The notes beneath the pieces were generated by a model. That model saw only the letters and a program-made list of their open reading frames with translations. It ran no database searches and was not told the origin of the DNA. From Nodosilinea sp. (lineage in GTDB: Bacteria; Cyanobacteriota; Cyanobacteriia; Phormidesmidales; Phormidesmidaceae): 64,000 nt of DNA. Every line of letters begins with the position of its first letter. Within the stretch, counting starts at the first letter, position 1. Shown here piece after piece: positions 9,458-19,500 of the stretch. Both the position numbers and the translations under genes were made by a program. The stretch lies in contig JBMOHM010000001.1 in assembly GCA_049317845.1 (NCBI GenBank), forward strand, positions 79,860-143,859, read 5' to 3'.

Positions 9458-9952
9458 CTAATCAGAGGAGGCCAGACAGACTACCAAGCGTCGATCGGGC
9501 TCTTTTCCTCGACTGAAGGTAGATAGGCCTGGCTGCTCTGATAAAAACTGATGAACCTGACGCCGCTCAGCGGAGGAAAGTCCCTTCAGCTCATACTCTT
9601 GCCCTGTGGTCAGCACCTGCTGGACAGCTTCCTGGGCTAGCACCTGCAACTCCTGCAAACGTTGAGCACGATAGCCCACCAACTCAATGGTAAAAGCCAT
9701 CTGTTCGCCGTCCCCCTTACCTAGGTTAAGGGTAGTATTGGCCAGGTATTGAATTGAATCCAGTACGGCACCGGACTCACCAATCAGGGCCTGAATCTGC
9801 TCGGGTGCAAGATCCTGATGGTCAATGGTAAGCCAACAGCTATCCCCCGATCCATCACTGAGTCGCTCAGCCCTTACCGTCGCTGTCAGTCCCTGCAAAT
9901 TCAGGAGAGATGTTAACCAGTTAACTCCCTGGGTGAGTGCCTCATCGCCCAT
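9458..9952 (-). CDS. Jag/EloR-type KH + R3H RNA-binding protein (short form)
   Basis: LIGESGAVLDSIQYL (KH), ERRQVHQFL (R3H), SRGKEPDRRLVV; directly downstream of yidC. Confidence 0.9.
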   Translation of the reverse strand: MGDEALTQGVNWLTSLLNLQGLTATVRAERLSDGSGDSCWLTIDHQDLAPEQIQALIGESGAVLDSIQYLANTTLNLGKGDGEQMAFTIELVGYRAQRLQELQVLAQEAVQQVLTTGQEYELKGLSSAERRQVHQFLSEQPGLSTFSRGKEPDRRLVVCLASSD

Positions 9953-9957
9953 AGATG

Positions 9958-11103
9958 CTAAGCCTTTTTCTTCTTGGGTTGACCAGGTTCAAAGGGTAAA
10001 GCCTTACGATCATCATCGCCACCCTGAGCGTCCACCATCTTTTGCAAATTCTCAGGTAAGGGCTCACGGGAAAGAATAAAGGCCTGCAAAGTTTGAAATA
10101 TATTGGCCACTACCATATACATCAGGACCCCTGCTGGCAGCGGAAAGAATAAAAACATACCGGAAAAAATCACCGGAGTGAACTTATTCACCGCATTTTG
10201 TTGAGGATTATCGGACGCTGAACCCTGACCCGATAATACCTGGTTGAGATACAGACTGGCACCAAAGGCCAATACCATGATCAAAATATCCCAATGAATG
10301 GCGCCGTCTTCCCCAGTCACGCCAACCCGTCCCAGGGCTTTAATAAAGAGAAAACCCCGATTAGCAGCTAAACCCGGCACCTGCACCTTAATACTAGCCT
10401 CTCCTGGAGCCAGGGCAGTAATATGGCCACTTTCGTCTACGGTGATGACATCGCTGCCCTTGGTGATCTCCCACCTGGGCTGAACCTCAGTGTCGGTTTG
10501 GCTATACTCAGCAAGCAAACCATCAATAGAATCACCGGTAGGAGTTTGCAGACGCAGATCGGTTTTTTCTCCGACCACCAACTTGTTACCCCCAGGAACT
10601 ACGGCGGAAATGGGGAAGTGAGTACCGTCGGAGATGTAAATCGCCTTGGGGGGAGTAGTGAAGATCTGAGGCTGGATCTGCTCAATTTTATCTTCTGGAA
10701 AAACCTGGAAGTTAACGTCGTAGGCAATGTCAGAAAAGGGCGATCCCCTCAGGGTAGCAAACAGGGCAAAGAGAATGGGCATCTGCAGAAGCACAGGAAA
10801 GCAGCCCGCCAGGGGATTCCCAAACTCCTTATAAACCTTGCTCATTTCCTCCTGAAGTTTGCCAGGGTCGTCTTTATAGCGGTCCTGGATTTCTTTAACA
10901 CGCTTTTGCATCAGAGGTTGGGTCACCTTCATGCGGCGCATGTTGCGAATTGAACCAGCATTGAGAGGATAGAGGGCAAAGCGAATAACCAGGGTTAGAG
11001 CCACAATTGCCAGGCCATAACTAGGCACGATCCCGTAAAAAAAGTCGAGGATCGGCAACATAAGGTTGTTTGAGAGAAATCCAATACCAAAATCCATGGA
11101 CAC
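9958..11103 (-). CDS. yidC: membrane protein insertase YidC (cyanobacterial type)
   Basis: [40 protein letters not shown] motifs. Confidence 0.96.
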   Translation of the reverse strand: MSMDFGIGFLSNNLMLPILDFFYGIVPSYGLAIVALTLVIRFALYPLNAGSIRNMRRMKVTQPLMQKRVKEIQDRYKDDPGKLQEEMSKVYKEFGNPLAGCFPVLLQMPILFALFATLRGSPFSDIAYDVNFQVFPEDKIEQIQPQIFTTPPKAIYISDGTHFPISAVVPGGNKLVVGEKTDLRLQTPTGDSIDGLLAEYSQTDTEVQPRWEITKGSDVITVDESGHITALAPGEASIKVQVPGLAANRGFLFIKALGRVGVTGEDGAIHWDILIMVLAFGASLYLNQVLSGQGSASDNPQQNAVNKFTPVIFSGMFLFFPLPAGVLMYMVVANIFQTLQAFILSREPLPENLQKMVDAQGGDDDRKALPFEPGQPKKKKA

Positions 11104-11189
11104 CTAACCCGATTGAGGGAAGTATGACGTTAAGTTACTCAATTACCTAATTTACCGTAGAAAGGCAGAAGGAAGATCGTTAAAATCTA

Positions 11190-11215
11190 CCATACCCCCT
11201 GAAAAGAGGGTATGG
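11190..11215. terminator. stem-loop upstream of yidC (possible terminator or processing hairpin)
   Basis: CCATACCC...GGGTATGG perfect 8-bp stem around CCTGAAAAGA. Confidence 0.4.
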
Positions 11216-11242
11216 GGTAAAAGCCAGACCGCTACAACTGGG

Positions 11243-11295
11243 CTATAGCGGTAGCAACCTGCAACGGGACGAAGGCGAGCCAGAACGCCTACCCA
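11243..11295 (+). repeat. dispersed repeat family A, copy
   Basis: CTATAGCGGTAGCAACCTGCAACGGGACGAAGGCGAGCCAGAACGCCTACCCA. Confidence 0.8.
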
Positions 11296-11435
11296 TCCGT
11301 GGTTTTGACGAATCAACTTGGTTCACAGCGGGCTGACCAAAGCTGTCGTACAAGGGGACAAAGGCCCAGAGCCTGGCCCGGCATCCTGCCTGAACTGCCC
11401 ACCACCGTAATGGGTACCCTTTAGGATTTCACCCC

Positions 11436-11834
11436 TTAGTCGGCCTTACCAAGGGCGCCACTCACAGCCTGAGCCTGGGGAGAAATTTTCTCGTTGATGT
11501 AATCGTATACATCTCTGAATTTAGGAATGGCCCGTAGTTCCAGTCGACTACCATCCTTGAGGGTAACCACCATATCACCCCATAGGCCCAATCCCCGGGG
11601 TACGGTAACGATTTTGCGAATTTCAGAATAGATAATGTCCGTACGATCGCGGCCCTGCCAGCCACCGGTAACGGAAATACGTCGGTTGGTAATCCGATAA
11701 CGGAGCCACAATGCACGAGTAATCGCCGCGACGGTGAGGGGAATACAAATAACCGTAAATGCCAGCAAACCATTGAAGATCAGATCCCCAATGTGGGGAC
11801 CTCCCTCATAGTACACATCCTCACGAATGCCCAT
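11436..11834 (-). CDS. bacterial PH-domain membrane protein
   Basis: MGIREDVYYEGGPHIGDL...RYRITNRRISV; conserved position between rnpA and yidC in cyanobacteria. Confidence 0.88.
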   Translation of the reverse strand: MGIREDVYYEGGPHIGDLIFNGLLAFTVICIPLTVAAITRALWLRYRITNRRISVTGGWQGRDRTDIIYSEIRKIVTVPRGLGLWGDMVVTLKDGSRLELRAIPKFRDVYDYINEKISPQAQAVSGALGKAD

Positions 11835-12189
11835 AGATAACCTCTAACTGAATAAATAACTGCTTTAATTCTCGCAAAAATTCGTCATACTTGCATTGAT
11901 CAGCCCCTGGACGGGCGGTAATCACAATCCAGAGGTCAGGGGGTAGGTTAGCCATAAGGGCTGCGATCGCCGATCTCAACCGTCGTTTGATTTGATTTCG
12001 CTTAACCGATCGCTTGCTCACCTTTTGGCTAACCACCACCCCCACCTTAAAGGCAGATTTATTCGCCGTCATCGGGGCAGCGTGAGCCAGCACACGCACG
12101 ATCAGATGGGGAGAGACCGCCCTACGACCAACTTGATACACCCGGGAAAAATCCTGGGAAGAGCAGAGACGATGATGCCTGGCTAGCAC
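11821..12189 (-). CDS. rnpA: ribonuclease P protein component
   Basis: HRL...DFSRVY, KVGVVVSQKVSKRSVKRNQIKRRLR (RNR motif). Confidence 0.95.
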   Translation of the reverse strand: MLARHHRLCSSQDFSRVYQVGRRAVSPHLIVRVLAHAAPMTANKSAFKVGVVVSQKVSKRSVKRNQIKRRLRSAIAALMANLPPDLWIVITARPGADQCKYDEFLRELKQLFIQLEVIYGHS

Positions 12190-12353
12190 AAAGAACCTGT
12201 CAGAGAATCAGGCAATCTATGGATTGCCCTAGGAAAAATACCAAAAGCTAGACCCGGCAACAACCGAAATCTAGCCTCCTAATCAAGATAGCAAGGGAAG
12301 GTGCTGTGCCCAGGTTTTCGACTACCTTACACTAGCCTGCTCCCTACCCTTGC

Positions 12354-12491
12354 CTAAACAGCTAAGCGAACCCGACCACGACTGCGTCTAGCCTTAATGA
12401 CGTTCTGACCGGTGTGGGATCGCATCCGTGCTCGAAACCCGGAGGTTCTTTTTTGCTTACGGTTAGTTCCCTCAAGGGTGCGCTTGCTCAT
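12354..12491 (-). CDS. rpmH: 50S ribosomal protein L34 (not in ORF track, 45 aa)
   Basis: Manual translation [45 protein letters not shown]; upstream of rnpA. Confidence 0.97.
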   Translation of the reverse strand: MSKRTLEGTNRKQKRTSGFRARMRSHTGQNVIKARRSRGRVRLAV

Positions 12492-12662
12492 GACCCTACC
12501 TCTACTGCCAATGGATGCTTAAAATTTCAAAGACTATAGATTCTAGCATGGTTTAAGGAGACAACCAAAAAATATAGCTTTGACTTGGGCCAGAAGGTTA
12601 AGGACAGGGTTAGACAGTCCATTAGATTTGAATAGGAAGGCGAGGGAGAACAGCCAATCACC

Positions 12663-13589
12663 TTACCCCATGGCACGGCGGCGTAATCGAGACAGTTGAC
12701 TAGGTTCCTGGGATGGGGCCTGCCAGACATGAATTTTACTTCTAATCGGCTGAACGGGGTTGCCTAATTGGGCTCGCAGAGTGTCATTCTCCATCCTCAG
12801 GAGGTTTTCCCTTTGTTTAAAGTAATCTCGCTCAGCCGCAAGCTCCTGACAGCGAGCCTTAAGACCCGTCTGATGATGAAACTGATCCTTAAGTTGGGTG
12901 CTGAGTTCAGCTATCTTCTGCTGCTGGGTAGCTAGAACTACCCGTAGGGCAACAGAATCCTCCTGATCGTTCTCTTCACCGGACGAGAACAGTAGGGACT
13001 TAGCTGGGTCTAACTCAGTTGTTTCCAGAGAACCCAGGGTTTTAGAGTGGGTTTGGAGACGGGCAAAGGTGACCTGATAACGGCTGAGGGTCTGGTCAAT
13101 CCCCTGAATATGCTCTTGAGCCGCCTGCAATTGGCTACTGAGGCTAACCGTTAGAGCCCGAACAATCATCACCTCAGAATTCAGGTCCAGATGCTGGAGG
13201 GGAAGCTGGTTCAGGGAGAGGCTTTGATAGTAACTTTTCAGCCGTACCAGATAATCTTGCACCTCGGTATGACTCTGGTGAATGCGTACCTTAAGCCGCT
13301 CCAGTTCTAGCTGCTGGTTATCGATCAGGTATTTCAGGTCCACCAGGATTTTTTCCAGCAATTGGCGCTGCCAGTCATCCTTATCGGCTAGCTGCTGTTT
13401 TAGATTGAGAATAATTTTTTGTTGAACATTGGAGAAGGCTTCGGTCTGGGACAGATGGGATTGCAGCATCTGGTGATTGGCCACCTGCTGCTGCATTTCT
13501 TCAAGCGACTCCGTAGCCTGATCCAGGGCTTGCTGTAGGAGGCAAATACGCTGAACCAGCTTAAAATCCAGTGAACTATCCTGGAGCAT
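12663..13589 (-). CDS. coiled-coil hypothetical protein
   Basis: Long Q/L/E-rich heptad-like ORF; ATG 13589 preferred to GTG 13640. Confidence 0.7.
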   Translation of the reverse strand: MLQDSSLDFKLVQRICLLQQALDQATESLEEMQQQVANHQMLQSHLSQTEAFSNVQQKIILNLKQQLADKDDWQRQLLEKILVDLKYLIDNQQLELERLKVRIHQSHTEVQDYLVRLKSYYQSLSLNQLPLQHLDLNSEVMIVRALTVSLSSQLQAAQEHIQGIDQTLSRYQVTFARLQTHSKTLGSLETTELDPAKSLLFSSGEENDQEDSVALRVVLATQQQKIAELSTQLKDQFHHQTGLKARCQELAAERDYFKQRENLLRMENDTLRAQLGNPVQPIRSKIHVWQAPSQEPSQLSRLRRRAMG

Positions 13590-13891
13590 GGACAAAACCC
13601 AACGAGGAGGAGGCGAACGTGCGTCGTAAACCCAGACCACTCAAGCGGCCATCAGCACCGAATAAGCGCTTAGATTTATTCAGAAATCTACACGGTTAAC
13701 AGGTTATTGACTAAGGGGGTGAGAGCCCCATAATCAACAACTCCATAAAAATAAATAACTTGGTTTCAGGCAAGTCGTAATGGTAGATGCTGCTGAACCA
13801 GGTTCTTAGTAAAGGTAAAACCGGTGATGTAGAAGCGATTAGAAAAATACTCTACTCCAGGCTAGCACTGGTTAATCCCTCTCCCCTTCTG

Positions 13892-16075
13892 TTAATCCGG
13901 TTTTTGTTCCGGTAACATACATTTATCGGAATCACACCCGGCTGGCCCCGCTTCAACCAGCTCACCGGCATCATAACGAGCCAGGGCAGCATGAAAGTCG
14001 GGAATTTGCCGTCGAGCTGTGACGGCCTGGCGTAGAGCCTCATAGGTAGCCTTATCAATCGGTTCAAAGGGTAGACGGGGAAAGGTCTGCAAATCGTCGA
14101 ACCGGGCCAGAAGGGCCGCAGAAATATAGCCTTCGTCGTTATGGATGGCCTGGTAGATGCGCTCCGCCAAAAAGTCAATTTCTGCTTCCCGGAACTCAAT
14201 GGTGGCGGAGGTGTTATGGGTGGTGTAGTGCTTCTGTACTTGCATATAGAAGTCAAACTGGGCAGCGGCGGAAAATTTTTCGATGGAGATTGCATCGGCC
14301 CCAGGTAGGTCAGCCCAAGCCACGGCAACGGGAATTTCTACCAGCCATTCAGTGCAACGAGGGTCAAAGGGATCCTTAAGCAGGTTACCGTTTTCATCCT
14401 TATCGGATTGGGAGGGTACAACACTATAACCATAGTCAATGCAAGCCAGGGCGACTGGATCATTCTTACGGAAGGTAATCCGCCGGATAAATCGTTGAGC
14501 CTTGGGAGGGTGCCAACCCGGACTAGCCCCGGTGAGTAGGGACTTGGTGCCCGCTGGCTGGATGGTGGTACAACGGTTGGGGGTCTTGATGCCATGGCGA
14601 TCGCAGTAGTCTCCCACGGCCCCCTGCACAATCTGCCGCCAGCGGCTCAGGTACTCCTGTTCTCTGGTTTTAAAGTCCAGCCCCGTCAGAGTATCTGGCC
14701 GACCAGCCTCCCACCAGCGCAGCCACTCTACCCCAAAGGCGTTGACAAAAAAGTCAAAGAGGCCGGTAAAGGACACCCCCACGATGGGATCCTCCAGGCG
14801 AGACTTTTGGTAGCGGGGCTCAAGGAACTGGTGGTTGAGCAGCACTGCCACCGCCAGGGCCGCCGCGGTAAAGGCATCCTCCTGGTCCTGGGGGTCCTGG
14901 GGGTCGATCTGGTTGAGGTGGACCTCCGCCAGGTTGCAGTGGAAGTTGGATCCAATAATTTCCCCGCATGGATTGAGACCGTAGCGATCGCTGCCTCCAG
15001 CCCGGCGTTTGGCTTCCCCCGCCCACTGCATGGCCCCCTCACCGGAGTAAAACTGCTTCCGCACCGCATCAACGCAATCCTGCAGGCTAGGCTTTTCGTG
15101 GAACACCCGGGTATGGTTGGCCATGCGTAGCACATCCCGCTCCGGATCAATGCGCCAGTTGCCCTGAGCATCCTGTTGCCAGAGGTTATCCTTAGCACTG
15201 GCCGCCAGCCCATCCTTACTGTCAAATTGGCGCATCCCAGCGCTGCGTCGGATGTTCCCTGCCACCACACAGGCGGCGGCCTCATCGATCAGCAGGCAAC
15301 ACTCCACGGAGTTAAGTTGGCGGCCCTGGGCCTTGTTGAGAATGGTAGCGCAGCGATCGTAGAGGAAGGAGAGCCGAATCGGGTTGGCGACGCCGCCAAA
15401 GCCCTTGAGCTTTTCCCCTGCGGGCCGCACATCCCGCAGGTCCACCTCCACCTGCACCTCCGCGGTGAAGCGAGGGTCGGTAGAAAGCTCCAGCAGGGTT
15501 TGGTAGGACTGGACCCAACCCTGGCGACTGTCCCCCACCCGTATCTCCACCCGGTTGCCCTCAATGATTACCTCGGTGATCTGGCGCCGCTCCGCCGCAG
15601 GGGTAGTTCCAATTTCTCCCTGCAGGGTCACCACCAGGCGGTTACGAATGGCGGGAATCTGGCTAATGTACTTGGGTTCCAGAATAGCACCGGTGCCACA
15701 GCCCATCATGGCCAGGTCCATCATCAAACCAAAGGCTCGCCAGTCCACCACGTTGGTGCTGGTGCAGTTGTAGGCGCCGGAAAAGTTCTCCGGCTGTTTA
15801 CTCCAGGCCGTCCCCCCCACCCAGAGCCAGCGCCCGGAGGGCAAAGCCTTGACCTGGCGTTGCATACGCCCAATCAACTCGGTTTCGGCTGGGGTGAGGT
15901 GACCCAGTTCCACCAGACCGGCCAGGGTGCGATCGCACACCTGGTCCCAGCTTTCCCGCTGCCCCTCGACCACCTCGCCTCGCCGACTGTAGGTACGGTA
16001 GAACACCGGGAATGCGGCGGGGGCTGTGGCTGGAAAGGGACCCTGCTGCTGGATACGGGGAAGCTCTTGAACCAT
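13892..16075 (-). CDS. nrdJ: class II (adenosylcobalamin-dependent) ribonucleoside-triphosphate reductase, monomeric type
   Basis: VFYRTYSR, GAYNCTS, YGLNPCGEI (thiyl Cys), TTIQPAGTKSL, C-terminal GCDSDKC; no intein. Confidence 0.95.
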   Translation of the reverse strand: MVQELPRIQQQGPFPATAPAAFPVFYRTYSRRGEVVEGQRESWDQVCDRTLAGLVELGHLTPAETELIGRMQRQVKALPSGRWLWVGGTAWSKQPENFSGAYNCTSTNVVDWRAFGLMMDLAMMGCGTGAILEPKYISQIPAIRNRLVVTLQGEIGTTPAAERRQITEVIIEGNRVEIRVGDSRQGWVQSYQTLLELSTDPRFTAEVQVEVDLRDVRPAGEKLKGFGGVANPIRLSFLYDRCATILNKAQGRQLNSVECCLLIDEAAACVVAGNIRRSAGMRQFDSKDGLAASAKDNLWQQDAQGNWRIDPERDVLRMANHTRVFHEKPSLQDCVDAVRKQFYSGEGAMQWAGEAKRRAGGSDRYGLNPCGEIIGSNFHCNLAEVHLNQIDPQDPQDQEDAFTAAALAVAVLLNHQFLEPRYQKSRLEDPIVGVSFTGLFDFFVNAFGVEWLRWWEAGRPDTLTGLDFKTREQEYLSRWRQIVQGAVGDYCDRHGIKTPNRCTTIQPAGTKSLLTGASPGWHPPKAQRFIRRITFRKNDPVALACIDYGYSVVPSQSDKDENGNLLKDPFDPRCTEWLVEIPVAVAWADLPGADAISIEKFSAAAQFDFYMQVQKHYTTHNTSATIEFREAEIDFLAERIYQAIHNDEGYISAALLARFDDLQTFPRLPFEPIDKATYEALRQAVTARRQIPDFHAALARYDAGELVEAGPAGCDSDKCMLPEQKPD

Positions 16076-16197
16076 GGGATCAACCTCTAACTTAGAACGG
16101 AAACACAGGGTAGGCCTGACGATGGAGGAGCAACGTCCTTGGGGAGACGGAGAGACGAACCGAATTGGAACGTTTGGAAAATTATCATAGCGGATTA

Positions 16198-16255
16198 TTT
16201 TTAGATATAGTGGTGAAAAATATTTTTTCTGAAGAACTGGCGCTAGATCTGGATA
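16198..16255. promoter_or_regulatory. tandem NrdR-box-like sites upstream of nrdJ
   Basis: TTTTTAGATATAGTGG (16198-16213) and GCGCTAGATCTGGATA (16240-16255), starts 42 bp apart; -10-like TATGATAAT on minus strand at 16181-16189. Confidence 0.6.
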
Positions 16256-16344
16256 TCCTGGATCCCGGAGGGGTAAGGACTTTGGCCTTCTGAGTCCCCC
16301 ATCCCTCTCTCACCCCTCCGGGTAGGCGTTTTGGTCAAAGCCAT

Positions 16345-16377
16345 AACAAAGCCCCAGCAGGGAAAACCTTGCCGGGG
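16345..16377 (-). terminator. intrinsic terminator after gltB/small ORF
   Basis: Minus strand CCCCGGCAAGG-TTTT-CCCTGCTGGGG followed by CTTTGTT. Confidence 0.55.
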
Positions 16378-16402
16378 ATCTGGGTTTCGGGTTGAGGACG
16401 GC

Positions 16403-16567
16403 CTAGGCAGCGTCCTCACCTTTGCGGATGGGGCGTTTACGATTACTTCTGCGGGTACCCCCAGCCATTTCGTATTCGGGGCTATCCTTGCCATAGCGAA
16501 CCGCCACGGCAATTAACATCCGTTCCGATAACTCCCGGAGTTTTTGTTCACCATCTGACCGAACCAT
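16403..16567 (-). CDS. 54-aa small ORF or truncated remnant of a conserved hypothetical protein (not in ORF track)
   Basis: MVRSDGEQKLRELSERMLIAVAVRYGKDSPEYEMAGGTRRSNRKRPIRKGEDAA*; LSERML...YGKDSxEYEMAGG..S.RKR resembles, from recall, the C-terminus of a ~110-130-aa hypothetical family. Confidence 0.6.
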   Translation of the reverse strand: MVRSDGEQKLRELSERMLIAVAVRYGKDSPEYEMAGGTRRSNRKRPIRKGEDAA

Positions 16568-16576
16568 CGGATCCGA

Positions 16577-19500
16577 CTAGGCTGAACTGAGCACCTTCTC
16601 TGCCGAGGGGGGGTTCGCTTCCGGACTATCGGCCTCAGAGGGAGGTACCACCTGCCAGAATTGGGGTAAGAATTCCCCCCATCGGCTTAAAATCAATTGG
16701 GCTTTAGGGCTACCGGTGTGGTCGGCATGGGTCGTAATCAAGGCCTTCAACTGAGCTTCGCCGGTCCTGGTGAGGACCCGTTGCACCTTAACAATTTCCG
16801 GATTGACCCGGGTGGGGAAGCTCCCTTCTTCATCCAAAAAGTAGGCTAAGCCACCGGTCATCCCTGCGCCCACATTGCGGCCTACGGGGCCAAGCACCAC
16901 CACCACACCCCCGGTCATATATTCGCAGCAGTGATCACCAGCCCCTTCGATCACGGCCTGGGCCTTCGAATTCCGCACGGCAAAGCGTTCTCCCGCCGTA
17001 CCCAGGGCGTAGAGGCTGCCGCCCGTAGCACCGTAGAGGCAGGTGTTACCCACAATCACATTCTGGGATGGATCGTAGGTAATCCCCGCCGGAGGTTTTA
17101 CCACCAGTTCGCCACCATGCATACCCTTGCCCACATAGTCGTTGGCCTCTCCCACCAGGGTCAGGCCCATGCCAGGCAGGTTAAAGGCACCGAAGCTTTG
17201 CCCCACCGTACCTTGGAAGGTGAGGTTAATTTGACCGGTAAAACCATTGTTGCCGTAGTTTTCTGCAATTACCCCAGCCAGGCGGGCACCAACGGTGCGA
17301 TCGGTGTTGACCACCTCAAAGGTTTTGGCAACCGTACCATGGGTTTGAATAGCCCGCTGAATATCCCCATCGGCCAGGATGGCGTCATCCAGGACGGGAC
17401 CATTGCTGTGAACCGTTTCGTGGACTAACCAGCGGCGATCGCGGCGAACGTCAGGCAAATTCACCAGGGTAGACAGGTCGAGACTACTGGTTTTGCTCAG
17501 GCAGGCATCCTGGCGGGGCATGAGCAGATCGGCCCGACCGACAATGTCGATCAGGTGGGTATAGCCCAGATGGGCCAGCAGCGATCGCACCTCTTCTGCA
17601 ATGTAATAAAAGAAGTTAACCACATGCTCTGGCACCCCAGGAAACCGCTGCCGCAGCTCTGGTTTCTGGGTAGCCACCCCCACTGGACAGTTGTTGGTAT
17701 GGCAAACCCGAGCCATAATACAACCCTCGGCAATCATGGCGATGGAGCCAAAGCCAAACTCCTCCGCCCCCATCAGGGCTCCCATCACCACATCCCAGCC
17801 AGTTTTCAGACCACCATCTACCCGCAGAGTGACGCGATCGCGCAGGTGGTTGTCCATCAACACCTTGTGTACCTCTGTGAGGCCCAATTCCCAGGACACC
17901 CCAGCATGCTTAATGGAACTGAGGGGAGAGGCGCCAGTCCCGCCATCGTGGCCCGATACCTGAATAATATCGGCATTGGCCTTCGCCACCCCAGCCGCTA
18001 CGGTACCGATGCCCACCTCTGCCACTAGCTTCACCGAAACCCCAGCCCGGGGGTTAATCTGGTGCAGGTCAAAAATCAATTGGGCCAGATCTTCAATGGA
18101 GTAAATGTCGTGGTGGGGCGGGGGTGAAATCAGGGTGACCCCAGCCTTAGAGCGGCGCAGCATGGCAATGTAGGGACTCACCTTCTTCCCAGGCAACTGT
18201 CCCCCTTCCCCCGGTTTAGCCCCTTGGGCCAGCTTAATTTCAATCTGCTGGGCATGAATTAAATACTCTGGAGTAACGCCAAACCGGCCCGAGGCCACCT
18301 GCTTAATGGCGGAACTGGCGGTGTCGCCATTTCTAAGGCCCTGGAGATGGGGAAAGGTGGGGGAATTGCCCGCCTCGTCCACATCTGTTAAAACTTGGAA
18401 GCGTACCGGATCCTCTCCCCCCTCACCGGAGTTAGATTTACCCCCAATCCGGTTCATAGCAATGGCTAGAACCTCGTGAGCCTCACGGGACAGGGCACCC
18501 AGGGACATGCCACCGGTGCAAAAGCGACCCATAATCGCCTCCACCGACTCTACCCGATCCAGGTCAATAGGGGGGCGATCGGAGGTGATGTCCAGCAGGT
18601 CCCGCAGGGCCGTGAGGGGACGATTCTTTAACTGGGCCCGGTAGAGTTCGTAGTGGTCGTACTGCCGAGAGGCCACCGCCTTGTGCAGCAACTTGGTCAT
18701 GGCCGGGTTATTCATGTGGTACTCGCCACTGGGCCGGGACTGGACAAAGCCCATATTCTGCAGGCGTTTGGCGGTCAGTTCTGGGAAAGCCCGTTGGTGG
18801 AAGGCCAGGGTTTCCTGGGCTAGATCGATCAGGGAAAGCCCCCCTAGCCGCGACGTGGTGCCCCGAAAGGCCAGGTCTAAGAGATCGGGTCCAATACCAA
18901 TGGCTTCAAAGATCTGGGCTCCCTGATAGCTGGTAATCAGGGAAATCCCCATTTTTGAAAGGATTTTGAGCAGTCCGGCGGTGACGGCCTGACGGTAGTT
19001 GTCCTGGGCGCCATTGAGGGTGGAAACTGGTAATTTATCCGTTTCCATTAACTTTTGGGTGCGACTGTCAGACCACCAGTGGCGTACCGACTCCAGGGCC
19101 AGGTAGGGACAAACCGCACTGGCGCCATAGCCAATCAGACAGGCGAAGTGATGAGTACTCCAGCATTGGGCCGTGTCTACCACCAGGGAGGTATGCATGC
19201 GCAGGCCATGGCGAATCAGGTGATGGTGCACTGCTCCCACCGCTAGCAAGGGGGGAATGTAGGTGACCTCAGCACTGAGGGGAGTGACCTCACCGGTGGC
19301 GGAGCAGCGATCGCTGAGGATAAGAATGGTATTACCCGCCTGCACCAACTCAGCGGCGGCGGCACAAAGGGCTGCGACGGCGGCCGCCAATCCCTCTGGA
19401 CCGGTGGTCAGGGGGTAGAGGGTAGACAGGGTGGCTGCGGTAAAGCCCGATTGCTGCACCAGGTCTAGCTCGACTTCATTGATCACCGGGCTTTCTAGCT

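Noticed and set aside
11270-11295. GAGCCAGAAC resembles the 3' conserved element of cobalamin riboswitches
   Set aside because: Other B12-element motifs are absent, and the sequence recurs in both orientations beside unrelated genes, so it is part of the dispersed repeat
13892-16075. Intein or intron in nrdJ (a common host)
   Set aside because: ORF is continuous and short, with no Cys/Ser...His-Asn splice motifs or endonuclease domain
16243-16516. Track ORFs 16243-16512(-) and 16331-16516(+)
   Set aside because: Run across terminator and inverted-repeat DNA; the protein-like frame is the unlisted 16403-16567(-)
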